Below are positions 21,838 to 36,015 of a stretch of DNA of 64,000 nt, piece by piece. Location: contig OX442314.1 in the NCBI GenBank assembly GCA_949358305.1, forward strand, positions 27,404,001 to 27,468,000, in the 5' to 3' direction. A program made the position numbers and the translations under genes. How positions within the stretch are numbered: the first letter of the stretch is position 1; each line of letters begins with the position of its first letter. The notes under the pieces are model-generated. The model saw only the letters and a program-made list of their open reading frames with translations. It was not told where the DNA came from and did no database searches. The DNA is from Strigamia acuminata. Taxonomy: Eukaryota.

Positions 21838-22325
21838 TAATTCATCGATTTCGAATGGAATAATGACCGCAAACAGTGAGCACTTACGAATTTATTTATT
21901 TTTAAATACAAATTTGCTGACTACAATATTCAAAATAATACAGGGGGGCCATGTTAGCTGCAAAACGTGTTAAAAGTGGAAAAACATTACACGGATTCAT
22001 TAGTATGTGCGAATAACTTTGCAGCAAGTGATAAAACATGACCCAATTGGTAGTTTGTGCATTACATAAATCATTACACATTCACTCGGCATGCTATTAT
22101 GGCCAAAGTGAATAATAATGTCCAAAAAACAATAACAAAGACAAGTGTACTTTCTGTGGTACGTCCATAAGCTTAGGACTGGCGTCTGGAAGGTGTCAGA
22201 TCCAGCAGTGATGCGTTTACACCGTGTGAGGCTCCAAGGTGCAGTGTAACTTCGGGGTCCCACAGGCGAATTTACGGTATGACGGCCTTCTTAGCAGTCT
22301 TTTTCGGTGCCCTTCACACAGATGG

Positions 22326-25300
22326 TTAGTATTTTTTCTTTAATTTAAGTAACTCAGAAATCAGCTTTTGCAAGAGTTGTGGAATTGCAAGAATAGAAAG
22401 GCCAAGCATCAGTGAAAAACAATTTCCAATGTCACAACACAATGCAACTCCAGTGTAGGATGATACTTGTTTAAACTCTTCAATTATGTTATTCAGTGGA
22501 ATTATTGAAAGAACTTTGATTGGCCATGCATCGGGATGTTGAAAGTAAACATATGTGTCAAACACTTGTTCTTCACAAAGTGGATGACAACCGCACTCTT
22601 TCATTACATTAATAGTTAAAGATCTGTTCATGAACAATGCCAGTGAAGTTTTAGCATCTTCAATATTAGTACAATCATCCTTTTTGATGTTGACCAAAAA
22701 TGGTAACCTGAAAATATTTGAATAACCTATATTATAAACTACATCGTAGAACGTTTAGTACAAAGTTCGAAAGTGTCATTTCTTTGGTTTTTTTTATTTT
22801 GTTGAACAAAGAAAAACCGAACAAATGATACGTATGACAAATTTCTGCATAAATATTAAAAGAAAAAATACTCACTTGCACTGAATTTTATTATAAATCT
22901 TTTTTTCGTAGCAATCTTCTTGGCATCTTGTGTGTTTGTCTCGGTCAAGGCAAGGTTGAGATTGTAAATTCAATCGGATGGTCTAAATTAAAACAATTGG
23001 TTAAGCAGTTTTGTTTACAATTGTCTGCAAACATACTTTAAACATTTTGAATGTGACAACGGTAAACGTTTTTGTTTTAATAGATCTTCTGCTCTTGAGA
23101 ATTGATGGAATGGATGGGATTGTGGCTTCGCTTGGTTGAAAGTACACCTGCGGAAAGAAAAAAACATTTTATCGTAGTACTCAAGATCAGTTTGCTTCTG
23201 ATGAAATAGCCTTGCAGTTAACTAAAATACAAGATGGTGTATGTATACTTTATCTCCGTGCATTCTGCTAAGGTCTATAGTAAATTTCTTACGGCATTAT
23301 TTAGTTGTATTATGACAGTAAGTTTGTGCAGTTAGCTAAACGTCTACAGCAGCGGTCGGCAATAGGGGGACCGCGGAAGGTCGAAACTTGGATCGCGGTG
23401 ACGTTTTAGCGACGTTTTTCTTTCGGTTTCTTTGGTTTTTCGGTGTTTTTTTCTTGTTTTTCCTGTTTTTTTCCCGTGTTTTTTAGGTTTAATTGGTATT
23501 TTTTGGGTTGTGTGTGTTTATTGGGGGATTTATTTGGTTTTTAAGTGTTTTTTCCGTTTTCTTAGGTTTTTAGTAAGGCTTTTAAGTGTTTTTTTTTCTA
23601 GACCGTGATACAAATTTTCAATAGTATCCGGACCCCACTTAAAATTAATTGCTGACCCCTGGCCTACAGTATACGCCAAGTGCAATGCACTTATCTGAGT
23701 GCAAATGACAAATGGAACTTATTCATTACTTCGTACTCATCTGGCTTACAGCTTTGATGCTTGTTTGGTCGAAAACTAAAATATATTGCTGTAACAACAC
23801 CTGCATATGTTAGTGGACCTAAGAAAACAATGTTGTTTTAGTAGTCCTATAATGTTTGCACACATTTTTAATTACGCATTTGAGATTGATAGCATGTTCC
23901 TGTGTGCATTGGTATTTTGCTCCAAGATACATTCGATCTGAATCCAAAGTTCTGATAAGAAAATACTTTTACCGTTGTATATAATTTTGTTAAATTTGGT
24001 TGAATTTGATTAAAGGCACGAGTTTCATCTAGCACTCACTTTTTATCTAATAAGTTACATTTATCAAACGCCTTTTGAATCAATGGCTTTGTTCACACAA
24101 TGCTTATCGACCCGTTGACACAACAGACATTTTTAAATATCGGACCAAACACTTACACTTTCAGAAAATTCCATGGCGATCGTATTCATTATGGGTGTTT
24201 GAAATCTCCATACATCTTCCATCGATGATTTTTTCCCTCTGATAGTCTTATTCATTAAATCAATGAAGTGAATTTTACATTCTGGAATGCCTGTAGTGTT
24301 GGCATATTGGTTCCTGTAGTGTGTCATTAAGGGTCCATCCATACATGCAATTACGTTGGGCAAATATAATGTGTCATTTTCTTGAATATTTACTACATAT
24401 CTTGTCGGTTCGCTCAAATATAATGTGATTCTTTCTTTGCTCACATAAACCGCTAGTAAGCCGGAAATAAAAACAAGAATACGATACAACGTGCGTTGAA
24501 GCTTGGGCGAAGTTTTCATTGTTTTTTTCGTCAAATTTTCCAATTTGATTTGATTAACAATTTTAGTTTTTATCTGAGCATGTAGTCGAACAGGTCTGAT
24601 ATAATTGCAGAAGAGGAGCAAACCAAAGTGTACAATTTCAATTATAGAGAGGAGTGACAATCCCAAGCAAAATCCTAGGTTGCCGCCCAAATCGATGACC
24701 AAATTAGGAATTTTGTAAATGTAGATTTCTGTCATCCACACAGATGTTTCTTGTGACACTTTAAAATTAATACTTGTACGATTTATATTACTGGGTTCAT
24801 CTTCAAAATCTAGCAGTTAAAAATAAATAATTTCATGACATTTATGCGTTAAAATGATATTGTTTGACTTAACTAGTATCGGTGTGCACTATTAGGAGAT
24901 AAACTCTTGTTTGACAAGGTCTTAAGCAACCACATTCAATTGTTGCCAGCGTGGATGTTTCGGGTATATACGAGTTTTTATACACTTGATCCACGATTGA
25001 TTTGTTTGCTTCTAAACTGCAGTCTGGCAGATTTTTGTCAGCCATGTAAGGCAATCTATCAAGTAAGTTAACCATCTATTAGCATCCTAATGAATGATCA
25101 ATGTTTACGTTAAGTAAGTTTAAACCTGCACTTAGGATTGGTTTTGAGATTTTGCTTGGTCACACAGTCTTTATAACATTCGGTCTGCTTCTTCAGACTG
25201 GGCTCACAGTAGGGGTTTCTTGAAGGCAAAAATTGATACTTGCAGGAAAGAAATACAGTTTTACTATTTTGGTTATACAAGTATGTGTTGATTTATAAAT

Positions 25301-28148
25301 TAAATGTATTATAAAAGATTTATAAATCATATGTATTATAAAAGATTTATAAATCATATGTATTATAAAAGATTTATAAATCATATGTATTATAAAAGAT
25401 TTATAAATCATATGTATTATAAAAGATTTATAAATCATATGTATTATAAAAGATTTATAAATCATATGTATTATAAAAGCATAGAGATAACTAATTATTC
25501 AATGCGATTCACAGTTGAATAAGCTGCAAGAACTATACAAACAAGCAATTATAACTCACTTGACGCAAAATAAATTGAAATTCAGCTTCAATTCCCATCT
25601 GTATTGGTATAGTATATCTATACGGCATGACACCATCCTTCATTGACATCTAGCATTAAAATGTGTTATGTATATTATTAGCCTTGTGTGCGGTAGCGGT
25701 ATACCACACCGCGGTAATTTTTTGGGACGCAACACTGCGGTATTCAGCAAAATACCGCAAAACGGTATACCGCAATATCGCAAATATCGCAATACTGGAT
25801 AATACTGCAATACCGCATATACCACAAAAAGCTGCAACAAACTAAATGGCGCTTTAACCAATTGATCTGAAATTCTATCTAAACGCATAATGCCTTATAC
25901 CAAAACGGTACATTTTACGGGTCACTACAAAACATGGGGTACACCCCAATTGGGGTACCCCATGGGGTATACCCCAAAGTCCTAAAAATAAACAAATAAT
26001 CATAAATGTAATAATTATAATGTAAACATTTTCTTGTTCTCTAAAAAAAAATAAAAATTTCAAATGTTTTTACTCAAAAAAACGAAAATTTCATTTGTGT
26101 TACCGTCTGTCTCACATTTTCCAACTACCCTTCATATAGCTTGAAACCCAGACACAAGTGATCAATAATAATCGTCCCCATGGCCAATCACATAGCTCCA
26201 TGCATCTTGGGCTATAATATGGCGCCAAACTCGATTTTTGAACTGTTTAATCCGATGCGTGGAATTGTAGGACAAGAAAATTTGTTTTTACACGAAAAAG
26301 CATGAATTTCTCACCAATAAAATTTATTGACACCTAAAAACTTTGTATTTATACCAAACTAATTTGTTTCCTTCTGAAATAATTTGTTTTTTCCCGAAAT
26401 AATTTGTTTTTTCTCAAATAATTTTTATTTACACATTCTGTATTGATATTTCCTCTCATTGTGCACCCCCAGCACTCTATTGGAGACCTGCTTGCGGTCT
26501 GAGAAAGGCCTGCACGTGTCAACCATCACAAAAATCACAAAAATAAATTTTTTGACTAAAAAATCGATGATTTTATTCAACAATAAATCTTTAAAGAACA
26601 TTACAATTCGATAAAAATGAAGAAAAAACGATAAAAATCGGTTTTATCAATTTTTACCGATTTTTATCGATTTTTACCGATTTTTATCGATTTTTACTGA
26701 TTTTTATCGTTTTTTCTCCATTTTTATCGATTTTTTTAAATCGATTTGTAATGTTTTTTAAAGATTTATTGTTGAATAAAATAATCGATTTTTGAGTCAA
26801 ATAATCGATTTCTTAGTCAAATAATTGATTTTTTAGTCAAATAATCGATTTTTGAGTCAAAAAATTTATTTTTGTGATTTGTAAGTCAAAAAATAAATTT
26901 CTGTGATTTGTGAGTCAAAAAATTGATTTTTTTGATTTCTAACATGTAATGTCATGTTTTTGTATGTAATTTAAATTTTTTTTTTTGTAATTTTCATTTC
27001 AATTATTTTACTAATTTTTTTTTATTTATTACACATTCCAGGACTTTGGGGTATACCCCATGGGGTACCCCATTTGGGGTACACCCCGTGTTTTGCAGTG
27101 ACCCACATTTTACTTTTATCCTTCCATTGGTTAAAAATACCGGATAAGGCTACTGGTAGGTGCGGGCTATTTTGTCTAATCAGTTTATTTGACGCCATCT
27201 TTATGGCAACGACTATAGCAAGCTGATTTGACGAATCGATTTTGACAAAATAAACTGACCGTAATCATTGGTGCTTTACAGGTCCCATTTTTCTTAACGA
27301 CGACATTAAATTTTCTGTTTAGAGCTAGTTTTAAATCTAGAAAAAATAGTTTAGTCAAAAATTATTTAAACAGACTAGATGATTATCGTATATTAATTTC
27401 ACCTGTTATTGTCACAGTCAGTGTACGGCCTACTACATAATCGTTGTATTTTAATGCAATTGTTTTACCCCGATTTGTATAATTGCCACTTTTTATCTTA
27501 GTGCCAAGTAACACAGTTTTGTCCTAAAAAAAGTTATTGGCAAATTATTGGAAACAATATTTATTAATATGGCTTTTTTACGTATCCAAAAGAACATACT
27601 GTATAGTAAATATAATTTCTTTTTAAATTGCATAAAGGAATAATGTTACTTACCTGTCTAAATTTTATGTGCTGCAAATTTTCTGAAATGTTGGAATGTT
27701 CCCACAAGTGAGAATAATTTTCAACCTTGACTTGCTGTGAGATGATTCCTCTCACTGGGAGCCTGCAATCTCTCATTAACTCTTGTGCACCATCAATTGT
27801 GTTCGGTTCTGGTATTTTGACCCAGTACTTTGACATCAATGGAGTATCTAGGCCCGTGAGCATAATTTCAGGGAATCTGTTTTCCTGTATTGGAACATAT
27901 TCGATTTCAACTTTGAAAGGTCCAGTCATGTAGAAGCAAAATCTTTCCCAAGTTTGATAACTGAAGATGCCGAAGCAAACGACCAAACCAAGCAACCAAA
28001 TGAAACGAAGTATACCAGTGTTCTCGAGAACTTGGTTTATAAATTGAAAACTATCTTTGCCCGTTAGTGAAGTTTGCATTTTTTGTTGCACATATTGGCG
28101 AATACGGTTACGGGTCCGACGAATAAGCAACGCTCTAGGAGCCGTCAT
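22326..28148 (-). CDS. Double-domain DEG/ENaC gene, copy 2 (translated exon ORFs identical to copy 1)
   Basis: ORF-track peptides identical to copy 1 at offsets 7984 and 7957. Confidence 0.85.
25304..25479. repeat. 27-bp minisatellite, 6 units plus a partial
   Basis: Same unit as at 17320; one unit fewer, explaining the 7984 to 7957 offset change. Confidence 0.95.
25919..27104. mobile_element. Mutator-like non-autonomous element, copy 2
   Basis: Same TIRs and ACATTTTAC TSD as 17962-19147. Confidence 0.85.
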
Positions 28149-29214
28149 TTTTCTTCAAATCAACTTTAAAAGCTAAAACTACACAACTTACGTGCAGTTT
28201 AACGTCGATGGTACTTAAATGATGAAAACTAATTATATTTTAAATTAACTTTCGTATTTGGAAATAATTTTAAATTAATTTAATTTCTTTTTCACACGAA
28301 CTGAAAATGATTATGGTTGTAAAACTCCAAAAGTTAATTTGTTTCCAACTTAATGTTATCTAAGGCAATGACTTTCCTCAATGAAAGGAACTAAAGTCAT
28401 TAAAGTTTAATGAAATATTGACCTTTCAAAACTATAAGCTGAATTTATGATGGATGTTTGCAAGAGAGGAGTCAGTTTATATCATTTTTTACCAATAATT
28501 TTTTGAAAGTATAAAATATCTCGCCACGGTCATTTATTTTGTCGCGTCCTTTGCAAGTAATGTTAAATAACCGTGGTTTGTTTTACCTGATCGTTTCTAC
28601 CAAAATAATATTCTACAATATACTTAAAGGAATAAAGTGTTCGTGTCAGGTGCAGTCTTGTCCATAGCAACCTGGGGATTGATTACTATGGGTGGAACTG
28701 GACCTCACGTAAATAATGGAGACAGGGATTCCGGATTGTTGGGTTTTGGTCTTTAATCCGTTGTCAAGGGGTCGGAGTTCCCATCACCGTGTCGGCGATG
28801 CCCTTAGAGCATGCCACACCCGCAACCAACCCGTCAAACACAGAGCGTTTTCCCTTGAGTGACGTGGTCGGATAATACTGTTGCATATATGATGCGTGCA
28901 ACTCCGACTGCAGGAATGCAGTCGTCATGTTTGTCTTCCTGTTTGGGCATGAAAGCCCAAGAGAAAGTAAGACGTGTTATCTGAGTGGGATTTTAGAGTC
29001 GATTAGTTTATTTATTCCATTAAGAATGGTTGGTTTCCTAGGAGAATCCTAGGCAACCAACAAAATGGCTTCCCGTGGTTCGAGCGTTTGCTCTCCATCA
29101 CCGCCATTGCATTTTGGGTATTTTGGCCTACTTTTATGTATACATACACCAGTGAAATGGCTAAGCCAATAGGAACTTCCTACTACCTAACAGTGAGTCA
29201 GAGTATAGGAGAAT

Positions 29215-29794
29215 TTGATTAATTGTGTGAAATCGCAAAAGTTTCCTCATTGGGGCGTGGAATACATCACAGATTGGCACCAGTTTAAAGTATTTTTAAC
29301 GAGAATTTATAATTTTGAATTAATATTTACAGCTGTTTATTGTTTTTAGGTGACACGTTACGGAAAGTTTGTTGTACCATTGGATAATCATACAAAGAAA
29401 CCGTACGAAAACTTAATTCTCGGTCGAGTAATGGGTTCGACGATAAATATGCCAAAGGATTTGATTTTTGTCAGCGTTCCTAGTTGTTTTCATTCGCACA
29501 AACCACTGATCAAGGGTGAGAAAGTGATTAATGTGTTAATTTTAGGATATATACATTAGAATATTTAATTTTTCATTACTTAAGATTTATTGAAGGATTT
29601 TGTTCCCGCGAAGGCGAATTATTTGGAGATATTCAGTCGTTCGCTTTGTTCAGGCTGGACCAGCTTCGGCGATGAGGTAAACAAACAATGTGCTCTGTGC
29701 AGTTTTTTAATTTAATTGAATTCTAGTCTAACAAAACAATTCATTTCTAGAGGTACTAAAATTTCAACAATTTGATCTATACGTCAAGAAATGA
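29215..29794 (+). pseudogene. METTL4: METTL4-like 3' fragment, unit 3
   Basis: Appears identical to the unit 2 fragment. Confidence 0.8.
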
Positions 29795-30282
29795 TAATTC
29801 ATCGATTTCGAATGGAATAATGACCGCAAACAGTGAGCACTTACGAATTTATTTATTTTTAAATACAAATTTGCTGACTACAATATTCAAAATAATACAG
29901 GGGGGCCATGTTAGCTGCAAAACGTGTTAAAAGTGGAAAAACATTACACGGATTCATTAGTATGTGCGAATAACTTTGCAGCAAGTGATAAAACATGACC
30001 CAATTGGTAGTTTGTGCATTACATAAATCATTACACATTCACTCGGCATGCTAATATGGCCAAAGTGAATAATAATGTCCAAAAAACAATAACAAAAACA
30101 AGTGTACTTTCTGTGGTACGTCCATAAGCTAAGGACATGTGTCTGGAAGGTGTCAGATCTAGCAGTGATGCGTTTAGACCATGTGAGGCTACAAGGTACA
30201 GTGTAACTTCGGGGTCCCACAGGCGAATTTACGGTCTGACGGCCTTCTTAGCAGTCTTTTTCGGTGCCCTTCACACAGATGG

Positions 30283-33200
30283 TTAGTATTTTTTCTTTAA
30301 TTTTAATAACTTAGAAACCAGCTTTTGCAAGAGTTGTGGAATTGCAAGAATAGAAAAGCCAAGCATCAGTGAAAAACAATTTCCAATGTCACAACACAGT
30401 GCAACTTCAGTGTAGGATAATACTTGTTTAAACTCTTCAATTATGTTATTCAGTGGAATTATTGAAAGAACTTTGATTGGCCATGCATCGGGATGTTGAA
30501 AGTAAACATATGTGTCAAACACTTGTTCTTCACAAAGTGGATGACAACCGCACTCTTTCATTACATTAATAGTTAAAGATCTGTTCATGAACAATGCCAA
30601 TGAAGTTTTAGCATCTTCAATATTAGTACAATCATCCTTTTTGATGTTGACCAAAAATGGTAACCTGAAAATATTTGAATAACACATTACAAACTACATC
30701 GTAGAACGTTTAGTACAAAGTTCGAAAGTGTCATTTCTTTGGGTTTTTTATTTTGTAAAGAAAGAAAAACCACTAAAATGATACGTATGACAAATTTCTG
30801 CGTGAATGCTAAAAGAAAAAATACTCACTTGCACTGAATTTCATTATATATCTTTTTTTCGTAGCAATCGTCTTGGCATCTTTCGTGTTTGTCTCTGTCA
30901 AGGCAAGGTTGAGATTGTAAATTCAATCGGATGGTCTAAATTAAAGCAATTAGTTAAGCAGTTTTGTTTAGAATTGTCTGCAAACATCGTACTTTAAACA
31001 TTTTGAATGTGAGAATGGTAAACGTTTTTGTTTTAATAGATCTTCTGCTCTTGAGAATTGATGGAATGGATGGGATTGTCGCTTCGCTTTGTTGAAAGTA
31101 CACCTGCAGAAAGAATAATATAATTTATTGTAGTATTCAAGATCAGTTTGCTTCTGATGAAATAGCCTTGCAGTTAACTAACAAGGGGAGCACATGAATA
31201 ACACACTCACAGATTGTTGTCATATTAAACAAGAAGGATTGTTATATCATGCTGAATGAGACCCTAAAGTTATTTCATTCCATAAACAGCCAACAATGCA
31301 AACAATGAGCTGAAAGTTGGCACTATTTTGTCTGTGTATACATCCAATCTGAGCAATCAGGCCTAGTGTATGAATACGATAAACAACAGTTGCTAGGTAA
31401 AAAGTAGTTCCAAGATCCAAGTTGAATTTTATCATTTGATATTCAATGATGTCATTTCATCATTTGAGATTTAATGATGTCATGACATCAGAATTTTGTT
31501 TACCAACATGACTGTCTTCATGAAGACAACAATAGTTTGTAGTGGTGGTCCAGTGGTTAAGGCAATGGACTAGGAATCTTTCTACACAGGTTCAAATCCT
31601 GATGTGTTTGAAAATTTTTACTCCTATTTTTTAAATTTTTTTTGCAGTAATTTTAATGTTTGTAATTTTATGTTTGTTAAAAAATTAAAATTAATTAATT
31701 ATTAAAGTTTTCTAAAAACAAACATAAAATTACAAACATTAAAATTACTGCTAAAAAAAATTAAAAAACAAAAGTAAAAATTTTCACAGACAGCAGGATT
31801 TGAACCTGTGTGGAAAGATTCCTAGTCCATTGCCTTAACCACTGGACCACCACTACAAACTACTATTGTCTTCATGAAGACAGTCATGTTGGTGAATAAA
31901 GTTGTGATGTCATATGTCATGAGATATCAAATGATGAAATGACCTCATTGAATATCAAATGATAAAATTCAACTTGGATCTTGGAACTACTTTTTACCTA
32001 GCAACTGTTGTTTATCGTATTCATACACTAGGCCTGATTGCTCAGATTGGATGTATACACAGACAAAATAGTGCCAACTTTCAGCTCATTGTTTGCATTG
32101 TTGGCTGTTTATGGAATGAAATAACTTTAGGGTCTCATTCAGCATGATATAACAATTCTTCTTGTTTAATATGACAACAATCTGTGAGTGTGTTATTCAT
32201 GTGCTCCCCTTGTAAGCGTCTACAGCAGCGGTCGACAATAGGCGGATGCGGAAGGTCGAAACTTGGACCGCGGTGACGTTTTAGCGACGTTTTTCTTTCG
32301 GTTTCTTTGGTTTTTCTTTTTCGGTGTTTTTTTCTTGTTTTTCCTGTTTTTTTTCCGTGTTTTTTTAGGTTTTATTGGTATTTTTTGGGTTGTGTGTGTT
32401 TATTGGGGGATTTTTTGGTTTTTAAATGTTTTTTCCGTTTTCTTAGGTTTTTAGTAAGGCTTTTAAGTGTTTTTTTTTTCTACACCGGGATAAAAATTTT
32501 CAATAGTATCCGGACCCCACTTAAAATTAATTCCCAACCCCTGGCCTACAGTATATGCCAAGTGCAATGCACTTATCTGAGTGCAAATGACAAATGGAAC
32601 TTATTCATTACTTCGTAGTCATCTGGCCTACAGATTTGGCGACTGTTTGGTCGAAAACTAAAATATATTGCTGTAGCAACACCTGCATATGTTAGTGGAC
32701 CTAAGAAAACAATGTTGTTTTAGTAGTCCTATAATGTTTGCACACATGTTTAATTACCCATTTGAGATTGATAGCATGTTCCTGTGTGCATTGGTATTTT
32801 GCTCCAAGATACATTTGATCTGAATCCTAAGTTCTGATAAGAAAATACTTTTACCGGTCTACATAATTTTCTTAAATTTGGTTGAATTTGATTAAAGTCA
32901 CGAGTTTCATTTAGCACTCACATTTTATCTAATAAGTTACATTTATCAAACGCCTTTTGAATCAATGGCTTTGTTTACATAATGCTTATGGACTCATTGA
33001 CTCAACAGACATTTTTAAATATCGGACCAAACACTTACACTTTCAGCAAATTCCATGATGACCTTATCCATTACGGGTGTTTGAAATCTCCATATATCTT
33101 CCATCGATGATTTTTTCCCTCCGATAGTCTTATTCATTAAATCAATGAAGTGAATTTTACATTCTGGAATGCCTGTAGTTTTGGCATATTGGCTTCTGTA

Positions 33201-35700
33201 GTGTGTCATTAAGGGTCCATCCATACATGCAATGACGTTGGGCAAATATAATGTGTTATTTTCTTGAATATTTACTACATATCTTGTCGGTTCGCTCAAA
33301 TATAATGCGATTCTTTCTTTGCTCACATAAACCGCTAGTAAGCCGGAAATAAAAACAAGAATACGATACAAGGTGCGTTGAAGCTTGGGCGAAGTTTTCA
33401 TTGTCTTTTTCTTCAAATTTTCCAATTTGATTTGATTAACAATTTTGGTTTTTATCTGAGCATGTAGTCGAACAGGTCTGATATAATTGCAGAAGAGGAG
33501 CAAACCAAAGTGTACAATTTCAATTATAGAGAGGAGTGACAATCCCAAGCAAAATCCTAGGTTGCCGCCCAAATCAATCACCAAATTAGGGATTTTGTAA
33601 ATGTAGATTTCTGTCATCCACACAGATGTTTCTTGTGACACTTTAAAATTAATACTTGTACGATTTATATCACTGGGTTCATCTTCAAAATCTAGCAGTT
33701 AAAGATAAATAATTTCATTATATTTATGCGTTAAAATGATATTGTTTGACGTAACTAGTATCGGTGTGCACTATTAGGAGATAAACTCTTGTTTGACAAG
33801 GTCTTAAGCAACCACATTCAATTGTTGCCAGCGTGGATGTTTCGGGTTTATACGAGTTTTTGTACACTTGATCCACGATTGATTTGTTTGCTTCTAACTG
33901 CAGTCTGGCAGATTTTTGTCAGCCATGTAAGGCAATCTATCAAGTAAGTTAACCATCTATTAGCATCCTAATGAATGATCAATGTTTACGTTAAGTAAGT
34001 TTAAACCTGCACTTAGGATTGGCTTTGAGATTTTGCTTGGTCACACAGTTTTTATAACATTCGGTCTGCTTCTTCAGACTGGGCTCACAGTAGGGGTTTC
34101 TTGAAGGCAAAAATTGATACTTGCAGGAAAGAAATACAGTTTTACTATTTTGGTTATACAAGTATGTGTTGATTTATAAATTAAATGTATTATAAAAGAT
34201 TTATAAATCATATGTATTATAAAAGCATAGAGATAACTAATTATTCAATGCGATTCACAGTTGAATAAGCTGCAAGAACTATACAAACAAGCAATTATAA
34301 CTCACTTGACGCAAAATAAATTGAAATTCAGCTTCAATTCCCATCTGTATTGGCATAGTATATCTATACGGCATGACACCATCCTTCATTGACATCTAGC
34401 ATTAAATGGTGGTATGTATATTATTTGTCTTGTGTGCGGTAGCGGTATACCGCACCGCGGTAATTTTTTGGGACGCAACACTGCGGTATTCAGCAAAATA
34501 CCGCAAAACGGTATACCGCAATACCGCAAATACCGCAATACCGGATAATACTACAATACCGCAAATACCACAAAAAGCTGCAACAAACTAAATGGCGCTT
34601 TAACCAATTGATCTGAAATTCTATCTAAACGCATAATGCCTTATACCAAAACGGGTACATTTTACTTTTATCTTTCCAACGGTTAAAAATACCGGATAAG
34701 GCTACCGATAGGTGCAGGCTATTTTGTCTAATCAGTTTATTTGACGCCATCTTTATGGCAACGACTATAGCAAGCTGATTTGACGAATCGATTTTGACAA
34801 AATAAACTGACCGTAATCATTGGTGCTTTACAGGTCCCATTTTTCTTAACGACGACATTAAATTTTCTGTTTAGAGCTAGTTTTAAATCTAGAAAAAAAA
34901 GTTTAGTCAAAAATTATTTAAACAGACTAGATGATTATCGTATATTAATTTCACCTGTTATTGTTACAGTCAGTGTACGGCCTACTACATAATCGTTGTA
35001 TTTTAATGCAATTGTTTTACCCCGATTTGTATAATTGCCACTTTTTATCTTAGTGCCAAGTAACACAGTTTTGTCCTAAAAAAAGTTATTGGCAAATTAT
35101 TGGAAACAATATTTATTAATATGACTTTTTTACGTATCCAAAAGAACATACTGTATAGTAAATATAATTTCTTTTTAAATTGCATAAAGGAATAAGGTTC
35201 CTTACCTGTCTGAATTTTATGTGCTGCAAATTTTCTGAAATGTTGGAATGTTCCCACAAGTGAGAATAATTTTCAACCTTGACTTGCTGTGAGATGATTC
35301 CTCTCACTGGGAGCCTGCAATCTCTCATTAACCCGCTTGCACCATCAATTGTGTTCGGTTCTGGTATTTTGTCCCAGTACTTTGACATCAATGGAGTATC
35401 TAGGCCCATGAGCATAACTTCAGGGAATCTGTTTTCCTGTATTGGAACATATTCAATTTCAACTTTGAAAGGTCCAGTCATGTAGAAGCGAAATCTTTCC
35501 CAAGTTTGATAACTGAAGATGCCGAAACAAACGACTAAACCAAACAACCAAATGAAACGAAGTATTCCAGTGTTCTCGAGAACTTGGTTTATAAATTGAA
35601 AACTATCTTTGTCCGTCAATGAAGTTATCATCTTTCGTTGCACGAATTGGCGAATACGATTACGGGTCCGGCGAATAAACAACGCTCTAGGAGCCGTCAT
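30283..35700 (-). CDS. Double-domain DEG/ENaC gene, copy 3; 1-bp deletion near 33896 (pseudogene or sequencing error)
   Basis: Homologous exons; cttctaactg versus cttctaaactg in the other copies shifts the thumb exon frame. Confidence 0.7.
31539..31605 (+). pseudogene. tRNA-Ser-derived sequence (A and B boxes), left arm
   Basis: GTAGTGGTGGTCCAGTGGTTAAGGCAATGGACTAGGAATC...CAGGTTCAAATCCTG resembles tRNA-Ser GTAGTCGTGGCCGAGTGGTTAAGGCGATGGACTAGAAATC...CAGGTTCGAATCCTG; variable arm shortened, acceptor stem poor. Confidence 0.65.
31787..31856 (-). pseudogene. tRNA-Ser-derived sequence, right arm
   Basis: Reverse complement of the left-arm tRNA-like segment. Confidence 0.65.
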
Positions 35701-36015
35701 TTTTCTTCAAATCAACTTTTAAAGCTAAAACTACATAACAGTTTAACGTTGATGGTACTTAAATGATGAAAACTAATTATATTTTAAATTAACTTTCGTA
35801 TTTGGAAGTAATTTTAAATTAATTTAATTTTTTTTTCAAACGAACTGAAAATGATTATGGTTGTAAAACTCCAAAAGTTAATTTGTTTTGAACTTAATAT
35901 TATCTAAGGCAATGACTCTTTTCAATTTGTCAACATTAATGAAGGAAACTAAAGTCATTAAAGTTTAATGAAATATTGATGTTTCAAAACTATAAGCTGA
36001 ATTTATGATGGATGT

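Larger units (their letters stand above)
31181..32213. mobile_element. ~1-kb foldback (near-perfect palindrome) element in copy 3 intron with tRNA-Ser-derived segments in both arms
   Basis: ACAAGGGGAGCACATG... and ...CATGTGCTCCCCTTGT; arms are reverse complements over ~500 bp; the same 62-aa ORF appears on both strands. Confidence 0.85.

Noticed and set aside
31539..31856. Functional tRNA genes
   Set aside because: Acceptor stem does not pair well, anticodon and variable arms are altered, and they sit inside a repeat element
31247..32147. Identical 62-aa ORFs on opposite strands
   Set aside because: A by-product of the palindrome; no recognisable protein features
32263..32618. Phe-rich ORFs that look like membrane proteins
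   Set aside because: T-rich interior of the hAT-like MITE
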